A stretch of DNA of 64,000 bases from an uncultured Candidatus Saccharibacteria bacterium (lineage in GTDB: Bacteria > Patescibacteriota > Minisyncoccia > Phycocordibacterales > JAKAEA01): NCBI GenBank assembly GCA_964577595.1, contig CAZNZK010000002.1:150163-214162 (forward strand). The letters are read 5' to 3'. Below, piece by piece: positions 29,633 through 38,403 of the stretch. Below the pieces are notes generated by a model. That model saw only the letters and a program-made list of their open reading frames with translations. It did not search any database and was not told the origin of the DNA. How positions within the stretch are numbered: position 1 is the first letter of the stretch; each line of letters starts with the position of its first letter. A program made the position numbers and the translations under genes.

Positions 29633-30001
29633 ATGGCACTCTTCGGCTCAAAAAAGAAAAAGGATACAAAGGAGGCAGAAAAAGCTGTTGCGGCTGTTGC
29701 TAAAGCTGCCGCTGGCGATGCTTCTTTTGACCTCTCAAAAATCATTCGTGGCCCTCGCATCACTGAAAAAGCTAGCCGCGTGGCCGAGCAAAATGTCTAC
29801 GTTTTTAATATTGACCCCGCCGCTAGCAAGAAGGCAGTAGCTTTCGCTATTGAGGCTCGTTACAACGTTGTGCCGTTGCGCGTGCGCACGGTTAACATGA
29901 AGCGCAAGCAGGTGGTCAGCCGTGGCAAGAAGGGTATGGTTGGCGGTGGCAAAAAAGCCTATATATACCTTAAAGCTGGCCAGACCATTCAACTTACATA
30001 A
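29633..30001 (+). CDS. rplW: 50S ribosomal protein L23 with N-terminal extension
   Basis: L23 core IIRGPRITEKA...YVFNID. Confidence 0.9.
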   Translation: MALFGSKKKKDTKEAEKAVAAVAKAAAGDASFDLSKIIRGPRITEKASRVAEQNVYVFNIDPAASKKAVAFAIEARYNVVPLRVRTVNMKRKQVVSRGKKGMVGGGKKAYIYLKAGQTIQLT

Positions 30002-30006
30002 ATTCC

Positions 30007-30858
30007 ATGAAAACCTACCGCCCCTATACAAAGTCTCGCCGTCAAATGTCCACGCCTTCTTTCAAGAAGACGCTGACTGCTTCTGAGCCGCACAAGGCTC
30101 TCACTAACGGCTTTAAGCGCATGATGGGCCGCGCTGGTGGCTTCATCACCACTCGCCACAAGGGTGGTGGCCACAAACGCCTTTTCCGCGATGTTGATTT
30201 TACTTATAACAAAATTGATGTTCCGGCGAAAATCGCCACATTAGAATACGACCCTAATCGCACCGGTTTCATTGCCCTCGTTCATTACGCCGACGGTGCA
30301 AAGCGCTATATTCTCGCACCGAAGTCCATGAAGGTAGGGGACACCTTCCTTGTTTCCGAGAAAGCCGAAATTAAAATCGGCAATCGTTTACCGCTCAAAA
30401 ACATTCCCGTTGGCACGTTCGTTTACAATATTGAACTCAAGCCAAAAGGTGGTGGCAAAATCGCCCGTTCCGCCGGCAACTACGTTGAAGTGGTCGCCCA
30501 AGACGCCGGTTATACCCACCTCAAGATGCCTTCAAGTGAAATTCGCCGCGTTATGGATGCCTGCTGGGCCTCTATAGGCGAGGTTTCTAACGATGAAAAC
30601 CGCTTGGTGGTCATCGGCAAAGCCGGTCGCTCACGCTGGCTCGGTATTCGCCCTACAGTTCGTGGCACAGCCATGAACCCCGTTGACCATCCGCACGGTG
30701 GCGGTGAGGGTCGCCAAGGCCGCGGTCGCCGTCGCGCCATTTCTACCTATGGCAAGCCAACCGGCAAGGGCCAGAAGTCCCGCCGGGTCAAGAAATACTC
30801 TCGTAATCTCATCGTTTCCCGCCGCAAGGTTGGCAAGAGTCGCACCGCTACTTCCTAA
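30007..30858 (+). CDS. rplB: 50S ribosomal protein L2
   Basis: L2 motifs including GTAMNPVDHPHGGGEG. Confidence 0.95.
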   Translation: MKTYRPYTKSRRQMSTPSFKKTLTASEPHKALTNGFKRMMGRAGGFITTRHKGGGHKRLFRDVDFTYNKIDVPAKIATLEYDPNRTGFIALVHYADGAKRYILAPKSMKVGDTFLVSEKAEIKIGNRLPLKNIPVGTFVYNIELKPKGGGKIARSAGNYVEVVAQDAGYTHLKMPSSEIRRVMDACWASIGEVSNDENRLVVIGKAGRSRWLGIRPTVRGTAMNPVDHPHGGGEGRQGRGRRRAISTYGKPTGKGQKSRRVKKYSRNLIVSRRKVGKSRTATS

Positions 30859-30884
30859 TAGTAAAATACTAATAAAAAACCGCC

Positions 30885-30912
30885 GAGAATTTTCTCGGCG
30901 GTTTTTATAATC
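30885..30912. terminator. Bidirectional hairpin terminator between the convergent rplB and the membrane-protein gene
   Basis: aaaaaccgccgagaa-ttttctcggcggttttt. Confidence 0.75.
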
Positions 30913-30924
30913 ACGTTTTTGTTT

Positions 30925-31458
30925 TTATATCCCTGTCATACCGCCGGCAAAAATGATAACCCAGCATCCGACAAAAAAGAGGGCAAAAGCGACAAATAAA
31001 GAAACGGCTACTGTGCCGAATATCCTTATAATGGTATCAGGTACTTCTTTTGCCATGCTGTTATAAGGTTGCGCTCCTTTTGTAACGAGGTATGCAGAAA
31101 TGTATGTGGCCAAAACTGGTAACACTAAATATAAAACAAAACCCCAAAGCGTTCCAAAAAGGGAAAAAATCTGAATATTTTGTCCGAAAAAATAAGGAAT
31201 TACAAACAGCATCTGCAGTGCGATAGCTCCTCCAAAAACAATCGCCCGTTTCTTACTTTGGTATTTTTTAAGAACACTTTTGTTCTTGGCTATATCGGCT
31301 ATAGCTGTGGTGGCAGGGACTTTTGCTAGGGTGGCTAAGGCCTCAGTAATATCTTTCTCGTTCCAACCGCTTGCCATGAGCGTTGTTTTCAGAGTATCGT
31401 CGGGTGTATTTTTTGCTCGTTCAGCTTGGATATACTGGATCAGGTCGGGCGTAATCAT
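30925..31458 (-). CDS. Hypothetical membrane protein: soluble N-terminal domain of about 60 aa plus four TM helices
   Basis: Hydrophobicity pattern only. Lies downstream of lgt on the same strand and overlaps it by 38 nt. Confidence 0.5.
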   Translation of the reverse strand: MITPDLIQYIQAERAKNTPDDTLKTTLMASGWNEKDITEALATLAKVPATTAIADIAKNKSVLKKYQSKKRAIVFGGAIALQMLFVIPYFFGQNIQIFSLFGTLWGFVLYLVLPVLATYISAYLVTKGAQPYNSMAKEVPDTIIRIFGTVAVSLFVAFALFFVGCWVIIFAGGMTGI

Positions 31459-32194
31459 GGTTTTTGTAGCGTTTAATAAAGTATATGAAATAGTATATCA
31501 CGAGGGCGGCGGCCACTAATTGAATGGCAGAAAGCCCGTGCCAGAGCGGATTAAGGGGTTTAATAAACTCCACAAAGAAACGCCACAGTGCATAACTAAA
31601 TACAAAAATGCTAAAAAGTTCGCCCTCTTGTAAGACCTTCTTTTTCTGGATGTAGAGGAGAAAAAACCAGATCAAAATCAGAAAAAGAATTTCATAAAGT
31701 GACGTCGGGTGTCGCGGAATACCATCACCCTGGTTAAAACACCAAGGTAAATTACAAGGCAGGCCCACAGTGCCGTCGCTAACACCCTTTAAAAAGCAGC
31801 CGATTCGGCCTATGATAATCCCAAGAAGTAGGGGATACACAAACAAATCTCCCGTTTTTCTTTGTATTCCCAAAACTTTCTTTACAATTTCAACGCCCAC
31901 CAAGCCGCCAGCAATACCTCCTGCAATAGTTTGGTCGCTTATGTAATAGAGCCAGGTTGAGGCATGGAAAAATAAAGTGGGATTCTCCAGGGCGGCAACT
32001 ATTCTTGAGCCTATAAGTGCGCCTATAAAAAGACCGGCAATGATAAGGGATTCAGTATTGGGCGGGAGCGGCGTTGGGCCAGACTTTTTAAGGTGTAAAA
32101 AGTAGAGGTAGGCAACAATGAGTCCTAAAATCTCAAAAACTGGGTGTGAAGGGATTATTAGTGCACCGAAATGAAAATCGATCGGAAACGTCAT
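31421..32194 (-). CDS. lgt: Prolipoprotein diacylglyceryl transferase
   Basis: Lgt signature GRIGCF, HPTSLYE, and a polytopic topology. Confidence 0.85.
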   Translation of the reverse strand: MTFPIDFHFGALIIPSHPVFEILGLIVAYLYFLHLKKSGPTPLPPNTESLIIAGLFIGALIGSRIVAALENPTLFFHASTWLYYISDQTIAGGIAGGLVGVEIVKKVLGIQRKTGDLFVYPLLLGIIIGRIGCFLKGVSDGTVGLPCNLPWCFNQGDGIPRHPTSLYEILFLILIWFFLLYIQKKKVLQEGELFSIFVFSYALWRFFVEFIKPLNPLWHGLSAIQLVAAALVIYYFIYFIKRYKNHDYARPDPVYPS

Positions 32195-32228
32195 GTGTGT
32201 ATTATAGGCTATTTGCTATACTGCGCAT

Positions 32229-32762
32229 ATGAAAACATCTCTTAGGTACGCCTTAATTCTAATTGCGGTAGTCATTATTGCCGTAGTGGCTTTTATCTAT
32301 ATTCAAAATTCTTCTCCTATGGCCATATCCACTACGCCGCCTTCTTCCACCACCACGACTCCTCCTACCCAAAACGTCTACACTAATTCTCAGTATGGTT
32401 TCCAAATGACCTTCCCGGCCTCGTGGAACGGGTTCACCATTGCTACAAGTTCGTGGACGGGAAATAGAATAGACGGCGTTGAGACTTTTGCCGCTTATAC
32501 TGGCCCCAGAGTGACTTTTAAGAATCCGCAAACCACGCCGCAACAGGAGTGGCAGGATATTCCCATTATGGTTTTTACGCCTTCCCAGTGGGATTTGGTA
32601 GAACAAGAAAAGCTCGCGGTCAGCGCGGCTCCTATCGGCCCAGCTAAAGTAGGGGAGAATGCACAATATATCTTTGCCACACCGCCACGTTGGTATGGTT
32701 TTACTGATGCTACGGGCACAGCAGAAGCAGTAGGTATAGTGGAAACATTCAAAGCTTTTTAG
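32229..32762 (+). CDS. Hypothetical secreted or membrane-anchored protein with Thr/Pro-rich linker
   Basis: N-terminal signal anchor, a TTPPSSTTTTPP linker, and a beta-rich C-terminal region. Confidence 0.5.
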   Translation: MKTSLRYALILIAVVIIAVVAFIYIQNSSPMAISTTPPSSTTTTPPTQNVYTNSQYGFQMTFPASWNGFTIATSSWTGNRIDGVETFAAYTGPRVTFKNPQTTPQQEWQDIPIMVFTPSQWDLVEQEKLAVSAAPIGPAKVGENAQYIFATPPRWYGFTDATGTAEAVGIVETFKAF

Positions 32763-32856
32763 AAAAGAAAGCTTTCTATAGAAGGCCTTTATTGACAGTT
32801 TAAAGCCATTTTGATACTATGCTTCAACCTGATTGCAGGTTTTATTTTGCTTTAAA

Positions 32857-33219
32857 ATGTCTCGATCACTCAAAAAAGGCCCATACGTTGATGCAAAGTT
32901 GCTCAAGAAAATCGCCGGCAAGAAGCCGGGTACTTCAACGCCGATTAAAACCTGGGCTCGTGCTAGCCAAATTCCTCCTGAATTCGTTGGTTTTATCTTT
33001 GGCGTTCATAACGGTCGTGACCACGTAGAAGTGCTTGTTACCGAAGAAATGGTTGGTCACCGCCTCGGTGAATTCTCATTGACCCGCAAGTTCGTGAAGC
33101 ACGGCGGTAAAATGCAGAAGGAATTGGAGCAGAAGGCCAAGGAAGCCGAAATGGCCGCCGCCGCAGGCGCTAAAGCCGCGGTTGACGCTAAGAGCAATAC
33201 CGCTCCTGCTAAAAAATAA
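32857..33219 (+). CDS. rpsS: 30S ribosomal protein S19 with Ala/Lys-rich C-terminal extension
   Basis: S19 core [13 protein letters not shown]. Start at ATG 32857. Confidence 0.9.
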   Translation: MSRSLKKGPYVDAKLLKKIAGKKPGTSTPIKTWARASQIPPEFVGFIFGVHNGRDHVEVLVTEEMVGHRLGEFSLTRKFVKHGGKMQKELEQKAKEAEMAAAAGAKAAVDAKSNTAPAKK

Positions 33220-33227
33220 TCAATTTT

Positions 33228-33608
33228 ATGGCCACCGCTACTCTTTCCAACTATCGTCAGTCGCCCCGCAAAGTGCGTGTGGTCGCCGATTTAATCCGTG
33301 GCAAAAGCTTAGTGGCCGCTAATGCTCAATTGGCTTTCTTGCCGAAGCGTGCCGCCGGCCCCCTTTCTAAGCTTCTCGCATCTGCTTTGGCCAATGCTAA
33401 AAACCTTGACTCTGCTGTTACTGCCGAAACCCTTTATGTAAACGAAATCCGCGTTGACAAAGCGCCTACTGCCAAGCGCATCATGCCTCGCGCTCGTGGC
33501 TCAGCTTCCCGTATCAACAAGCGCTCTAGCCATGTTTTTGTCACGCTTGGTCCAGCGCCTGTTAAGAAGGCAAAGAAAGAGCGTATCGTTAAAGAATCAA
33601 CCAAATAA
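33228..33608 (+). CDS. rplV: 50S ribosomal protein L22
   Basis: L22 sequence and operon position. Confidence 0.9.
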   Translation: MATATLSNYRQSPRKVRVVADLIRGKSLVAANAQLAFLPKRAAGPLSKLLASALANAKNLDSAVTAETLYVNEIRVDKAPTAKRIMPRARGSASRINKRSSHVFVTLGPAPVKKAKKERIVKESTK

Positions 33609-33609
33609 C

Positions 33610-34317
33610 ATGTCCCACTCCGTTCATCCATTTTCCCACCGCCTCGGCATCCTTCGTGATTGGAAATCTCGCTGGTTTACGTCCGACAAAAAGTATCGCG
33701 AATTTTTGCGTGTTGACGTGCTTTTGCGCGAGTATCTTTGGAAGCGCTTGCGTGGTATGTACGTTGCCGACATTATTATTGAGCGCAGTGAAAAACACAT
33801 GCGCGTTATCATCAGCACGTCTCGCCCCGGCATGATCATTGGTCGCAGTGGGGAAGGTGCTACAAAGCTTCGCAACGATATTGCTGAATTCATCAAGAAT
33901 CTCAAGCCGCAATTTGCTCAGGAGCTCAAGGTTGATATTCAGGAAGTGCGCTCGCCAGAATCCAATTCCGCTATTGTCGGCTACATGATCGCCGAAGGAT
34001 TGGAGAAGCGTTTGCCGTTCCGCCGTGTGATGAAGCAAATGATTGATAAAGTCATGGCTAATCGTGACGTGAAGGGTGTGCGTATTGATCTTGGTGGCCG
34101 CCTTGGTGGTGCCGATATGGCCCGCCAAGAATCGCTCAAAAAGGGCCGTATTCCTCTGCAAACTCTCCGTGCCGACATTGATTTCGCCCGTGAGAAAGCG
34201 CACATGACCTACGGCGATATTGGTATTAAGGTGTGGATTTACAAGGGTGAAATTTTCGCCGCCGCAAACAAGCCGGCCGCTGCACATTCTTCTGTCCCTA
34301 AAGCTCCCCAAAAATAA
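33610..34317 (+). CDS. rpsC: 30S ribosomal protein S3
   Basis: KH domain and S3 C-terminal domain. Start at ATG 33610, directly after the rplV stop. Confidence 0.93.
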   Translation: MSHSVHPFSHRLGILRDWKSRWFTSDKKYREFLRVDVLLREYLWKRLRGMYVADIIIERSEKHMRVIISTSRPGMIIGRSGEGATKLRNDIAEFIKNLKPQFAQELKVDIQEVRSPESNSAIVGYMIAEGLEKRLPFRRVMKQMIDKVMANRDVKGVRIDLGGRLGGADMARQESLKKGRIPLQTLRADIDFAREKAHMTYGDIGIKVWIYKGEIFAAANKPAAAHSSVPKAPQK

Positions 34318-34340
34318 TTTGGCAATTTTCATCAACTACC

Positions 34341-34766
34341 ATGCAATTCTTTCCTAAAAAAGTTCTTCACCGCAAATGGCACACAATGCGCCGCAACCCG
34401 AAGCGTTCAATGGTTGACACTCGCGGTTCTCGCCTAGCCTTCGGTTCTTTCGGCCTAAAAGCCACCACAGAGGCACGCGTTCGCTCTAATCAGGTAGAAG
34501 CTGCTCGTAAGGCAATTGCGCACCTCCTGGGCAAAAACGGCAAAACCTGGGTCCGTATTTTTCCAGACATGCCTTTCACTCAAAAGCCGGCTGAAGTAAA
34601 GATGGGTAAAGGTAAGGGCGAGCCTGCCGGTTATCAAATCCAAGTATGGCCGGGCCGTATTATGTTTGAGGTTGATGGTATCGAAGAGGTCACCGCTCGT
34701 GAAGCTTTGCGCAAAGCTGGCACCAAATTGCCGGTAAAAACCAAAATCGTTAGCCGCGCTCGCTAA
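34341..34766 (+). CDS. rplP: 50S ribosomal protein L16
   Basis: L16 sequence and operon position. Confidence 0.93.
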   Translation: MQFFPKKVLHRKWHTMRRNPKRSMVDTRGSRLAFGSFGLKATTEARVRSNQVEAARKAIAHLLGKNGKTWVRIFPDMPFTQKPAEVKMGKGKGEPAGYQIQVWPGRIMFEVDGIEEVTAREALRKAGTKLPVKTKIVSRAR

Positions 34767-34777
34767 TTTATAAAAAT

Positions 34778-34957
34778 ATGTCCGACTTCGCCGCCAAAAC
34801 CGAACAAGAATTGAAAAAGCTCATTACTGAGAAGCGTAAACAGCTACAGGAATTTCGTTTTAATGCTTCCAGCACCAAAAGCCGTAACGTTAAAGAGAGC
34901 CGCAATATCCGTCGCGATGTCGCCCGAATTTTGACAGAACTCAATAGAAAAGGGTAG
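34778..34957 (+). CDS. rpmC: 50S ribosomal protein L29 (59 aa, below the ORF-track cut-off)
   Basis: Translated by hand: MSDFAAKTEQELKKLITEKRKQLQEFRFNASSTKSRNVKESRNIRRDVARILTELNRKG. Confidence 0.85.
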   Translation: MSDFAAKTEQELKKLITEKRKQLQEFRFNASSTKSRNVKESRNIRRDVARILTELNRKG

Positions 34958-34981
34958 AATGCCACGCTTACTATAGAAATC

Positions 34982-35311
34982 ATGACTCCAGCCAAAACCA
35001 CAACCGAAAAGCCTGTTGAAATCGCCATCCACAAGCGTTTCACTGGAATCGTGGCTTCTAATAAGATGAAGGATACTATTGTGGTGGTTGTGGAGCGCTT
35101 TGAAAAACATCAGAAATATCAGAAATATCTCCGTTTGCGTAAGCGTTTCAAAGTTGACGACAAGGGGAATACTGCCAAAGTGGGCGATCAGGTCATCATT
35201 GAGGAAACAAAGCCTATTTCCAAAGAAAAGCATTTTAAGCTCGTTGAGGTTTTGGTTCACACTGAAAATGATGAAGTTGAATTGCCGATACCTGAAGTAG
35301 CCGCCGAATAA
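34982..35311 (+). CDS. rpsQ: 30S ribosomal protein S17
   Basis: S17 core GIVASNKMKDTIVVVVER. Confidence 0.92.
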   Translation: MTPAKTTTEKPVEIAIHKRFTGIVASNKMKDTIVVVVERFEKHQKYQKYLRLRKRFKVDDKGNTAKVGDQVIIEETKPISKEKHFKLVEVLVHTENDEVELPIPEVAAE

Positions 35312-35328
35312 AGTTATTATAGAATTTT

Positions 35329-35703
35329 ATGATCCAACCCCGTTCCATTGTGAATATTGCCGACAACACCGGCGCCAAAATTGGCCGCATTTTTAAGGTG
35401 CTCGGCAGTTCTAAGAAGCACTACGCCGAAATCGGCGAGCTCGTTGTTCTTTCTGTGCAGAAAGCTGAGCCTCGTAAGCAGGTTAAGAAGAAAGACGTTC
35501 TCAAGGCCGTTGTAGTGCGCCAGCGCAAGGCTTTTCGTCGCAAGGATGGTTCTTATATTCGCTTTGACGACAATGCCGTGGTTATCGTGACCCAACAGAA
35601 GAAGGACTACATTCCGATGGGTGGCCGCGTTTTCGGCCCGGTACCTCGCGAGCTTGCCGAGCGTTTCCAGCAAATTACCACCTTAGCGCCGGAAGTCGTT
35701 TAA
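35329..35703 (+). CDS. rplN: 50S ribosomal protein L14
   Basis: MIQPRSIVNIADNTGAK. Confidence 0.95.
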   Translation: MIQPRSIVNIADNTGAKIGRIFKVLGSSKKHYAEIGELVVLSVQKAEPRKQVKKKDVLKAVVVRQRKAFRRKDGSYIRFDDNAVVIVTQQKKDYIPMGGRVFGPVPRELAERFQQITTLAPEVV

Positions 35704-35719
35704 TTTTCACCCTACTACT

Positions 35720-35938
35720 ATGCACGTAAAAACAGGCGACACCGTAACAGTCATCACCGGCAAAGATAAGGGCCGTAGTGGTAAAATCACTCGCGCTTTT
35801 CCAACGAGCAATAAAATTGTTGTTGAAGGCATCAACATGAAAAAGCGTCACGAGCGCTCCCGCAAAGAAGAGGGAAAGGGCCAAGTCATTGAAAAGCCGG
35901 CTCCAATTGACGCTTCTAACGTCCGCAAAAATTCTTAA
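35720..35938 (+). CDS. rplX: 50S ribosomal protein L24 (short, 72 aa)
   Basis: KOW motif VKTGDTVTVITGKDKGRSGKI. Confidence 0.88.
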   Translation: MHVKTGDTVTVITGKDKGRSGKITRAFPTSNKIVVEGINMKKRHERSRKEEGKGQVIEKPAPIDASNVRKNS

Positions 35939-35961
35939 TCCAGCTCCATTTTCTAACTACC

Positions 35962-36579
35962 ATGGCCACCACATTTACTAAAGAAAAATCAGCATCCACC
36001 TTTGCTTCGTTGAAGGGAAAGTTTGGCTGGACCAACCCCATGCAGGCTCCGCGCCTTATGAAAATCGTTGTCTCCGCCGGCGTTGGTTCACAAAAAGACA
36101 AAAAGAAACTTGAGCTCATTGCTGATCGTTTGGGAAAAATCACTGGCCAGAAAGCCGCCCCTCGCGGTGCCAAGCAGGCCATTTCCAACTTCAAAACCCG
36201 CCAGGGCGACGTTGTAGGCTATCAGGTCACGCTCCGTGGCGCTCGCATGAACAATTTTCTTGATCGCCTCGTTAACATCGCCCTCCCTCGTACCCGCGAC
36301 TTCCGTGGCCTTTCTCCGAAGGGGATTGATAGTATGGGCAATTACACTCTCGGTATCCGCGAGCACATGATTTTCCCGGAAACTGCCGATGAGGATATTA
36401 AGGACGTTTTTGGCCTCGCCATCACGCTCGTAACCACTTCTCACTCTAAAGCTGAAGTTCAGGCTTTCCTTGAGCACCTCGGTATGCCACTCAAGAAAAC
36501 CGATACCGGCCCCGATTTGGAACTCGCCGCCAGCCACGCCTCCCGCGAGAAGAAGCCAGCTAAGAAAGCAAAGAAATAA
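35962..36579 (+). CDS. rplE: 50S ribosomal protein L5 with C-terminal extension
   Basis: L5 core motifs. Confidence 0.93.
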   Translation: MATTFTKEKSASTFASLKGKFGWTNPMQAPRLMKIVVSAGVGSQKDKKKLELIADRLGKITGQKAAPRGAKQAISNFKTRQGDVVGYQVTLRGARMNNFLDRLVNIALPRTRDFRGLSPKGIDSMGNYTLGIREHMIFPETADEDIKDVFGLAITLVTTSHSKAEVQAFLEHLGMPLKKTDTGPDLELAASHASREKKPAKKAKK

Positions 36580-36615
36580 TTTTACCCTAGTCTCAAAGTA
36601 GGGTAGTATAGAAGT

Positions 36616-36963
36616 ATGAAATTTTGGGCTATTGCGTTAATGCTGATTTTCTTACTCGTGGCCACGGTTGGCTTTGCTGTAATGTGTCAGGATATGGGCA
36701 TGACTGGAGGAATGATGGCCAGTTACCACATTTCTATTTATCAAGCCTTCACAAATGTTACGGTGGCCTCGTTTACATTCTGCCTAGCTCTTTTCGCACT
36801 TATTCTTGTCGTTTTTTTAAATATCGCCAGCTCACTTGTTGATGATTTACTGGTATCTCTTAATACATTTTCCAGATGGATTGTTCCCGATATTCTTTCT
36901 GTTTCAAAAAGAAAAATAACGCATTTTCTCGCGCTTTTAGAGAATAGTCCTTCGTTGGCATAG
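36616..36963 (+). CDS. Hypothetical small membrane protein (three TM helices)
   Basis: Hydrophobicity pattern. First gene of the insertion that interrupts the ribosomal operon. Confidence 0.45.
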   Translation: MKFWAIALMLIFLLVATVGFAVMCQDMGMTGGMMASYHISIYQAFTNVTVASFTFCLALFALILVVFLNIASSLVDDLLVSLNTFSRWIVPDILSVSKRKITHFLALLENSPSLA

Positions 36964-37026
36964 CGCCCGGCTTTGTAGCTCGGGTTTTTCTGTTGATTTT
37001 TATTTCATTTGCTATGTCTTTATTCT

Positions 37027-38394
37027 ATGTCAACTCAAAAAAGTACGTTGTACGTGCGAGGCATGCATTGCCGTTCGTGCGAATTGTTGTTGGAAAAAAG
37101 TTTATCGGGCGTTAGGGGAGTAAAGCGGGCGCGGGTTAGTTTCAAGAAGGGCACGGCGGAAATTGTGGCAGAAAGTGCCAATCAGCCTGATTCGGCTGAG
37201 CTTTCAAAGGCGGTGAGTGCCGCGGGTTATTCGCTTGGAAAAGAAAATCCCAAATTATTCTTTTCCCGGAATTCTAAAGATTACCTGGAGCTTATCGCCG
37301 TGACCCTGCTTGTGCTTTTGGCGTATCTCATTCTCAAAGGCCTGGGCGTCTTTAGCTTAAACTTTGGCCTGGCGGGCGCGCCGAGCTTTACCACGGTTTT
37401 GCTTGTTGGATTAACTGCCGGCATTTCCAGCTGTATGGCTCTGGTTGGGGGCTTGGTGCTGGGCATTTCTGCCCGCCACGCAGAGCTTCACCCTCAAGCG
37501 AGCGCTTCAGAAAAATTTCGGCCACACCTGTTCTTTAACATGGGCCGGCTGGTTTCCTACGCGTTGCTCGGTGGCATTATCGGCCTGCTCGGCTCCACGT
37601 TACGAATTTCATCGCCGGTGCTGGGTATTATCACTATCGCGCTCGGCGTGGTTATGCTCTTTCTCGGCTTGAAGCTTATAGAAATTTTTCCGCGTTTAAG
37701 CAATAAAACCGTTGCTTTGCCGAAAAGCATTGGCCGCTTGCTCGGCTTGGGTGGTGAACAAAAAGAATATAGCCATCGCGGCACGTTTCTCACGGGTGCA
37801 CTCACGTTCTTTGTGCCGTGCGGCTTTACACAAGCGATGCAGCTTTATGCAGTGAGCACGGGCAGTTTTGTCTCGGGTGCCGTCATCATGTTTCTCTTCG
37901 CGCTCGGTACCTTGCCAGGCATTATTAGCATCGGCGGCCTCACTTCGCTTATTAAAGGATCTTTTGCCCGCTGGTTCTTCAAATTTGCCGGTGTAGTGGT
38001 AATTAGCTTGGCATTATTCAACATCGCCAACGGTTCTAGCTTAGCCGGCTTCAGTTTGCCGTCTCTTGTTTCCTCATCTTCTGGTGGTTTCTCGGCTTAT
38101 AATGGCGCCGCAGCTGTTATGGAAAATGGTAAACAGGTAGTGATGATGGAGCAGTCGGCTACTGGATATTTTCCCCCACAATTCACGGTGAAAAAAGGCA
38201 CACCGGTGCTTTGGAAAATTACTAGCACCAGCCAATACACCTGCGCCGCATTCATTGTTTTGCGGCAAATGGGTATTGCGCAACCACTTAAGCTTGGCGA
38301 AAATATAATTGAATTTACGCCAACTCAAACGGGCCAAATGCGCTTCACTTGCTCCATGGGCATGTATTCGGGAACCTTCAATGTTATTGATTAA
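37027..38394 (+). CDS. Heavy-metal-associated (HMA) domain membrane protein with a DsbD/CcdA-like TM core and a C-terminal cupredoxin-like domain
   Basis: GMHCRSC metal-binding motif, six or more TM helices, and a C-terminal FxPxxxxVKKGTPVLWKI...FTCSMGMYSG beta-sandwich region. Confidence 0.65.
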   Translation: MSTQKSTLYVRGMHCRSCELLLEKSLSGVRGVKRARVSFKKGTAEIVAESANQPDSAELSKAVSAAGYSLGKENPKLFFSRNSKDYLELIAVTLLVLLAYLILKGLGVFSLNFGLAGAPSFTTVLLVGLTAGISSCMALVGGLVLGISARHAELHPQASASEKFRPHLFFNMGRLVSYALLGGIIGLLGSTLRISSPVLGIITIALGVVMLFLGLKLIEIFPRLSNKTVALPKSIGRLLGLGGEQKEYSHRGTFLTGALTFFVPCGFTQAMQLYAVSTGSFVSGAVIMFLFALGTLPGIISIGGLTSLIKGSFARWFFKFAGVVVISLALFNIANGSSLAGFSLPSLVSSSSGGFSAYNGAAAVMENGKQVVMMEQSATGYFPPQFTVKKGTPVLWKITSTSQYTCAAFIVLRQMGIAQPLKLGENIIEFTPTQTGQMRFTCSMGMYSGTFNVID

Positions 38395-38403
38395 TTAGCT
38401 TCT

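Noticed and set aside
33589-34335. 248-aa ORF antisense to rpsC
   Set aside because: Antisense to ribosomal protein S3, which is unambiguous.
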